From NCBI GenBank assembly GCA_016844925.1, contig JAERTI010000038.1, positions 66,936 to 130,935 of the forward strand: a stretch of 64,000 bases of DNA. Reading direction: 5' to 3'. Source of the stretch: Candidatus Uhrbacteria bacterium. GTDB taxonomy: Bacteria > Patescibacteriota > Patescibacteriia > UBA9934 > GWF2-40-263. Of the stretch, positions 58,598 to 64,000 are shown piece by piece (within the stretch, counting starts at the first letter, position 1; each line of letters opens with the position of its first letter). The notes under the pieces were generated by a model. It was not told where the DNA came from, did no database searches, and saw only the letters and a program-made list of their open reading frames with translations. The translations under genes and the position numbers were made by a program.

Positions 58598-61117
58598 ATG
58601 CATGACAAGATAACCATCAAAGGTGCACGTGAGCACAATCTAAAAAATATTTCCTTGGAGCTTCCACGGAATAAGTTGATTTGTTTTACGGGGGTGAGTG
58701 GGTCAGGGAAGTCCTCGCTGGCTTTCGACACGATTTTTGCTGAGGGGCAGCGGCGATATGTAGAGAGTCTATCGGCGTACGCTCGACAGTTCTTGGGGCA
58801 GATGGAGAAGCCGAATGTGGATGAGATTGAGGGGCTGTCACCGGGAATCTCGATTGATCAGAAGGCCCATAGCCGCAACCCACGTTCTACCGTTGCGACC
58901 ATCACGGAGATTTACGACTATCTGCGTGTATTGTTTGCCCGTGTGGGGCAACCGCACTGTGTGAAGTGTGATGAGCCAATTCAGAAGCTGACCAATGAAG
59001 AGATGGTGGATTTGGTGCTGAGTCGTTCTGCCGGAGCAAAGAAAGGATCGATTAAAGTTTTGGCCCCGATTGTGCGCGGAAGAAAAGGAGAGTACTACCA
59101 GCTCCTGTATGACTTGTATAACTCTGGGTTCGCCAAGGTGCGTATTGATGGAACAGAATACCGTCTAGATCAGCAGATCAAGCTAGCGCGCTACAAGCAG
59201 CACACCATTGAGATTGTTGTCGACACGATTCCTGTGGCGAGTTTTGGTGCAGGGAAAAAGATCGACAAGGAGGCGCGCCAGCGTCTGGCGGATGCGATTG
59301 AGATCGGTGTAGATCGCGGAGAAGATGTGGTGAACATCATCTATCCAGATAAGAGCGAGCAGTTGCTGTCGGCCAAGTTCAGTTGTCCAAAGGATGGCTT
59401 TTCGTTTCCTGAGATTGAGCCACGACTGTTTTCGTTTAACTCACCTTATGGTGCGTGTAATGAATGTACGGGGCTTGGAACAGCCGAGCTGTACTCGGAA
59501 GAGTTGTGTGGCATGTGTTCCGGAGCACGTCTTCGTCAGGAGGCGCTGTATGTGTGGTTGCCTGAGAAGTTTTCGATCACAGATGTAACGGGCATGGCGA
59601 TCGCAGATGCGGTCGAGTATTTTAATGGCGTGACACTCAGTGATAAGCAAACGCAGATTGCGGGTTCGATCTTTAATGAGATTCAGAACCGTCTACAGTT
59701 TTTGTTGGACGTTGGGTTGCACTACCTCACGCTTGATCGACGAGCTGGGACGCTTAGTGGTGGAGAGGCGCAACGCATTCGTCTCGCGTCGCAGGTGGGA
59801 ACGCGGCTTGTGGGAGCAATGTATGTTCTTGATGAGCCAACGATTGGATTGCACCAGCGCGACAACGAGCGGTTGGTGGAGACCCTTGAGGCGCTGCGTG
59901 ATCTCGGGAACACGGTGTTGGTTGTGGAGCACGATGAAGACACAATGATTGCCAGTGATTACATGGTAGAGATCGGTCCTGGGGCCGGGCGCCATGGGGG
60001 TCATGTGGTGGCCGCTGGAACGACGCCGGAGATTTTTAACGATAAGAACTCCCTCACAGCAGCGTATCTGCGTGGCGATAAGAAGATTGAGGTACCAAAG
60101 GAACGTCGCACGGTTGGGCCGGCGGCGATTAAGGTGCACGGAGCGCAGCAGAATAACTTGAAGAATATCGATGTGGAGTTTCCTGTGCAGAAGTTTACCT
60201 GTGTTACGGGTGTTTCTGGATCGGGGAAGTCATCGCTTGCTTACGAGACCATGTACAAGGCGATTTCAAAACGCCTTTATCACAGCAAGCACACGCCAGG
60301 AAAACACAAAAAGATTACGGGGCTTGAGTATATCGATAAGGCGATCTTGATTGACCAAGGTGCCATTGGAAGATCATCACGATCGAATCCAGCAACGTAC
60401 ACAGGTGTGTGGGGGCCGGTTCGTGACTTGTTCGCCGCAACGGCAGAGGCTCGGTACCGTGGCTACAAAAAAGGACGCTTTAGTTTCAATCGTCCTGGAG
60501 GGCGTTGTGAGAACTGTGAGGGGCATGGGCAGATCGCGATCGAGATGCACTTCTTGCCGACGGTGTATGTGAAGTGTGATGTGTGTAAGGGACGTCGGTT
60601 TGATCGAGAGACGCTCGAGATTCTCTACAAGGAGAAAAACATCTTCCAGGTGTTGGAGATGACGGTGGAAGAGGGAGCGGAGTTCTTTAAGGATGTGCCA
60701 CCGATCCATGATCGACTCGACACCCTCAAGCGTGTGGGTCTCGAATACGTAAAACTCGGTCAACCGGCACCGACGCTCTCTGGTGGAGAGGCGCAGCGGG
60801 TGAAGCTCTCAACGGAGCTTGCGAAGCGACAGACGGGACGGACGCTGTACTTGCTCGACGAGCCAACAACAGGATTGCACTTTGAGGATGTGAAGAAGCT
60901 CTTGGAGGTATTGCATTGGTTGGTGGATAAGGGGAATACCGTGATCGTGATCGAGCACAACCTGGACGTGATCAAGACCGCAGATTGGTTGATCGATTTG
61001 GGACCTGAGGGAGGGGACTTGGGTGGAGAGATTGTCAAAACAGGAACACCGGAAGAGATCGCGCGATGTGGACGCAGTCACACGGGGAAGTATCTGAAGA
61101 AGGTGTTGAAGAAATAA
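58598..61117 (+). CDS. uvrA: excinuclease ABC subunit A (short form, 839 aa)
   Basis: Two ABC ATPase modules ([11 protein letters not shown] twice, LSGGEAQR twice) and zinc-finger Cys clusters. Confidence 0.92.
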   Translation: MHDKITIKGAREHNLKNISLELPRNKLICFTGVSGSGKSSLAFDTIFAEGQRRYVESLSAYARQFLGQMEKPNVDEIEGLSPGISIDQKAHSRNPRSTVATITEIYDYLRVLFARVGQPHCVKCDEPIQKLTNEEMVDLVLSRSAGAKKGSIKVLAPIVRGRKGEYYQLLYDLYNSGFAKVRIDGTEYRLDQQIKLARYKQHTIEIVVDTIPVASFGAGKKIDKEARQRLADAIEIGVDRGEDVVNIIYPDKSEQLLSAKFSCPKDGFSFPEIEPRLFSFNSPYGACNECTGLGTAELYSEELCGMCSGARLRQEALYVWLPEKFSITDVTGMAIADAVEYFNGVTLSDKQTQIAGSIFNEIQNRLQFLLDVGLHYLTLDRRAGTLSGGEAQRIRLASQVGTRLVGAMYVLDEPTIGLHQRDNERLVETLEALRDLGNTVLVVEHDEDTMIASDYMVEIGPGAGRHGGHVVAAGTTPEIFNDKNSLTAAYLRGDKKIEVPKERRTVGPAAIKVHGAQQNNLKNIDVEFPVQKFTCVTGVSGSGKSSLAYETMYKAISKRLYHSKHTPGKHKKITGLEYIDKAILIDQGAIGRSSRSNPATYTGVWGPVRDLFAATAEARYRGYKKGRFSFNRPGGRCENCEGHGQIAIEMHFLPTVYVKCDVCKGRRFDRETLEILYKEKNIFQVLEMTVEEGAEFFKDVPPIHDRLDTLKRVGLEYVKLGQPAPTLSGGEAQRVKLSTELAKRQTGRTLYLLDEPTTGLHFEDVKKLLEVLHWLVDKGNTVIVIEHNLDVIKTADWLIDLGPEGGDLGGEIVKTGTPEEIARCGRSHTGKYLKKVLKK

Positions 61118-61150
61118 AAAAGTAGGGCCTTAGCCCTACTTTTTTCTTGA

Positions 61151-61753
61151 TTATTCCACGATAAGGGTTCCTTCCATGCCGAAGGCACGGTGGGAGCCGA
61201 TGTCGCAGTAGTAAGCGTATGTTCCTGGCTCGGTAGGGGCGGTGAACTTGAGTGCCTCGCCTTCGCTGATGCTGAAGTTAATGTCGAGCTCGTCGATGAC
61301 AAAGGTGTGGAAGCCGGCGTTCTCAGTAAAGGTGATTTTCACGCTCGCCCCAGGCTCTACGGTAAGTGTATCAGGAGCAAAGAAGAAATTTCCACTCTGC
61401 ATGTCTACATTCACGTCGGCAGATGTTCCAAGAACGATGTCGACTACTTGTACATCATCTTCTGTTGGATCACTTACTTCTTCAATCTCTTCCTCAGCAG
61501 GAACGAAGGTAAGTTCTCCACCTTCGAGTTCAAGTGTAACCTCTTCGTCAGTTGTTGCCTCATCGGCAGTTGCCTGAGTGTCATCGGCAGGGAGAGCTTC
61601 TGCAGAATCCTCAGCTTCTTCAGCAGCTTCTTCTCCGGTGGTCTCCGCCTCGATTTCAGATGGAAGGTCTGTGTGAACCTCAGTTTCTACAGGGGCGGCA
61701 CAGCCAGCTCCTGCAAGCAGAACAACAGCCAGAACGGAAAATAGGTATTTCAT
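61151..61753 (-). CDS. lipoprotein with C-terminal type-1 (blue) copper cupredoxin domain
   Basis: Lipobox LLAGAGC and an acidic linker. HTFVIDEL...YYCDIGSHRAFGMEG supplies the H, C, H, M copper ligands. Confidence 0.7.
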   Translation of the reverse strand: MKYLFSVLAVVLLAGAGCAAPVETEVHTDLPSEIEAETTGEEAAEEAEDSAEALPADDTQATADEATTDEEVTLELEGGELTFVPAEEEIEEVSDPTEDDVQVVDIVLGTSADVNVDMQSGNFFFAPDTLTVEPGASVKITFTENAGFHTFVIDELDINFSISEGEALKFTAPTEPGTYAYYCDIGSHRAFGMEGTLIVE

Positions 61754-61832
61754 AGGGTTATTTTATGAGTCGTGAGGGCAGTTTATAGGAACTTTTTTGG
61801 CAGGACAAGCAGGGTGTGTACAATAGAAACAC

Positions 61833-63176
61833 ATGATTCCAAAGAGCATTACGATAAAGAATAAGATGCTTCCTGATGCCCCAGGGGTCTATTTATATTA
61901 TGACGAAGATGGAGAGTTGTTGTACGTGGGGAAAGCGACTTCGTTGAAACGGCGTGTGGGGTCGTATTTCACGAAGGCCCATGACAATCGGATTGGGGAG
62001 ATGGTGGGGCAGATCGCAAAGATTGATTACATTGAGACGCCGACGGTTATCGAAGCGTTGGTGCTTGAAGCGAATCAGATCAAGTCGCTCAAACCTAAAT
62101 ACAACATCCTCCAACGGGATGATAAGACGTTTTTGTATTTGGTGATTACGAATGAGCCGTACCCGCGGCCATTGTTGATTCGGGGGCATGAACTCAAGAA
62201 AATGGGAGTGAATCCGTTTTCGAGTACGCCGAGCAAAGAGATGGAAAAGAGGTTTAAGAGAGTCTTTGGACCGTACACATCGAGCCGGTCGCTCAAGATG
62301 GCATTGGAGTTGATTCGAAAGGTGATTCCGTGGAGCACCTGTCAGCCGCCGGAGGTTACGGGGAAGACTCGAGCGTGCTTCAATTCTCAGATAGGTAAGT
62401 GTCCTGGGGTGTGTGCTGGACGAGTGTCGAAGAGGGACTACCAGCGCTATATGAGGCAGCTGATCATGTTTTTTGATGGGAAGAAGATTCGGTTGGAGCG
62501 CTCGATTGAAAAAGAAATGCAGAAAGCGTCGAAGGCATTGCAGTTTGAGGAGGCAGCCGTGTGGCGACGGCGACTAAGGGCCCTTCAGCACATACAAGAC
62601 ATTGCGTTGATTTCCAAAGAGGATCACGAGCTTCCGTATCGAGACGTTGGTGCTGTAGACGGCATTGATCTTGAGGGGCGGATTGAGGCGTACGATATTA
62701 GTAATATCTCTGGAACAAATGCTGTGGGCTCCATGGTGGTGTTTGAGGAGGGGCGACCAGCGAAGGCTCAGTATCGAAAATTTAAGATTAAGACCGTGGA
62801 GGGGGCGAATGATGTAGCGATGATGGAGGAGGTGATTCGACGACGCTTGCGGCGTGCGGAGTTATATCCCAAGGCGTGGGTGTTGCCGGAGATTATGGTG
62901 ATTGATGGGGGGAAGCCGCAGGTGAATCGTGTGCAGCAGGTGCTCGATGAGTTGGGGATGAGTGTGCCGATTATCGGGCTGGCAAAGGGGTTTGATCGTA
63001 AGCAAGATCGTCTCGTGTTCGATCGAACAAATGAAGAGGTTCGGCGTGTGGCCACCAGAGGAAAAGAGGTGTTTCAGCGGGCTCGGGACGAAGCGCATCG
63101 GTTTGCGGTAAAATATCATCGAGAATTGAGAGGAAAGACCATGAGACCAAAGAAGAAAAAGAAAAAGACCCCGTGA
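61833..63176 (+). CDS. uvrC: excinuclease ABC subunit C, short form lacking the C-terminal HhH region
   Basis: GIY-YIG (GVYLYYDEDGELLYVGKA), the UVR motif QFEEAAVWRRRLRALQHI and an endonuclease V-like domain. Ends in a Lys-rich tail after 447 aa. Confidence 0.8.
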   Translation: MIPKSITIKNKMLPDAPGVYLYYDEDGELLYVGKATSLKRRVGSYFTKAHDNRIGEMVGQIAKIDYIETPTVIEALVLEANQIKSLKPKYNILQRDDKTFLYLVITNEPYPRPLLIRGHELKKMGVNPFSSTPSKEMEKRFKRVFGPYTSSRSLKMALELIRKVIPWSTCQPPEVTGKTRACFNSQIGKCPGVCAGRVSKRDYQRYMRQLIMFFDGKKIRLERSIEKEMQKASKALQFEEAAVWRRRLRALQHIQDIALISKEDHELPYRDVGAVDGIDLEGRIEAYDISNISGTNAVGSMVVFEEGRPAKAQYRKFKIKTVEGANDVAMMEEVIRRRLRRAELYPKAWVLPEIMVIDGGKPQVNRVQQVLDELGMSVPIIGLAKGFDRKQDRLVFDRTNEEVRRVATRGKEVFQRARDEAHRFAVKYHRELRGKTMRPKKKKKKTP

Positions 63177-63180
63177 GGAT

Positions 63181-63552
63181 CTAGGAACCTTCCGCAGAGG
63201 AAGGAAAGAGGAGTTGTTCGAGGAGCAACATGCCTTCATTGAGGTCTTTGATGACATGGCTCGCGCCACCGGCAACAGCGTTGTCTGCCCAGCCTTTCTC
63301 TGAGCACACGGCCACAACGGGGCCACTGAACCGGTCTCGACACCGACGTGTCATGCTGGTCGCGGTATAGGGGAGTCGCCAGTTGAATGGCGCAACAATG
63401 ACGAGATCGTAGGCCTCGAAGCTGTCCATCGAGAACAAGTTCTTCAACTCGTTTGCCGTTCGGAAGTAGCGAACCTGCACTCGTTGACTGACCCTGAGGA
63501 GGACTCGGTCTACCGAGTCACGGTAGGCACAAATCACCAGGACGTTTTTCAT
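63181..63552 (-). CDS. receiver-domain-like protein (putative, degenerate)
   Basis: VLVICAYRD...YDLVIVAPFNW...GPVVAVCS pattern resembles the CheY fold. Key residues are uncertain. Confidence 0.35.
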   Translation of the reverse strand: MKNVLVICAYRDSVDRVLLRVSQRVQVRYFRTANELKNLFSMDSFEAYDLVIVAPFNWRLPYTATSMTRRCRDRFSGPVVAVCSEKGWADNAVAGGASHVIKDLNEGMLLLEQLLFPSSAEGS

Positions 63553-63596
63553 CTGGCACCTCCATGGGTGGCTGACTATAGTTAAACCTATATTGT

Positions 63597-63851
63597 ATGT
63601 TAAAGAACCGCAAACTTGAGACTATTACAGAGGCCGCAGGGTGGATCGGTGTGTTGGCCATCTTACTTGCTTACGCCTTAATTAGTTTCCAGATTGTTAA
63701 TGCTGAAAGTGTCTGGTACCACGGCCTTAACTTGGTGGGTGGTGTAGGGATTATTGTCGATGCGGTCGCGGATAAGAATTACCAACCTGCCGTGTTGAAT
63801 GTCGTTTGGATTGCCATTGCTATGTACGCGTTAACAAGGTTGTACTACTAA
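63597..63851 (+). CDS. small 2-TM membrane protein
   Basis: 84 aa with two hydrophobic helices. Confidence 0.45.
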   Translation: MLKNRKLETITEAAGWIGVLAILLAYALISFQIVNAESVWYHGLNLVGGVGIIVDAVADKNYQPAVLNVVWIAIAMYALTRLYY

Positions 63852-63862
63852 GCATATGGCCA

Positions 63863-64000
63863 TGGAATTGACCCACGTTCGTTTCGCACATGATTTAAAG
63901 GAGGTGCTTCAGGTACAGGATGAGATGGCTTACTATGCGGGCGCTATTTATCCTGACTCACGGTACATATCAGGCATTGATCGAGCGAAGACACATGGTG
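63863..64000 (+). CDS. partial ORF running off the 3' edge (hypothetical)
   Basis: MELTHVRFAHDLKEVLQ... Incomplete, so no call is possible. Confidence 0.3.

Noticed and set aside
1-64000. CRISPR arrays, rRNA operons, transposases or integrases
   Set aside because: No regularly spaced direct repeats, no rRNA-like stretches, and no DDE or tyrosine-recombinase motifs were seen in any frame.

Overview
This 64-kb bacterial window is a dense mosaic of core genes and GC-rich accessory patches. Core genes are at roughly 47-52% GC: ribosomal proteins L9 and L27, pyrG, pgi, mraY-ftsW-murG, murD, a MurE-like ligase, murI, ftsEX, uvrBAC, P-type ATPases and a bcp peroxiredoxin. The accessory patches are visibly GC-rich, about 60% or more. 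Three tRNA genes are present: Lys-TTT, Thr-CGT and Gln-TTG. Most genes are short single-gene transcription units with a rho-independent terminator, a sigma70-like TTGACA-N17 promoter and an AGGAG-type RBS. Terminator hairpins frequently double as the promoter of the next gene. The largest GC-rich island spans about 43.4-56.4 kb. It encodes a USP-CDF cation efflux pair. It carries a translationally coupled operon of a fused CoaD-CoaE (PPAT plus dephospho-CoA kinase), a standalone Ser/Thr kinase and a vWA protein. It also carries a TrmB-type regulator followed by a fused CinA-C/PncC-like plus NadD-like protein, a Nudix hydrolase, and two tandem paralogous genes of unknown family, each with its own promoter. 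Other notable loci are two tandem duplicated small-acidic-peptide gene cassettes at 8.3-8.9 kb and a copper-resistance module (Met/His-rich secreted protein, HMA-DsbD_2-cupredoxin protein, CopA). A tRNA-Thr gene is followed by an inverted T-arm fragment and a direct repeat of its 3' end plus terminator, which is an attachment-site-like scar. Several terminator sequences are repeated verbatim in the islands. No CRISPR array, rRNA, integrase or transposase was found. Gene content suggests a reduced-genome lineage: archaeal-type NMNAT, translin, a TrmB regulator, only CoaD/CoaE of the CoA pathway, and short UvrA/UvrC. This is inference only.
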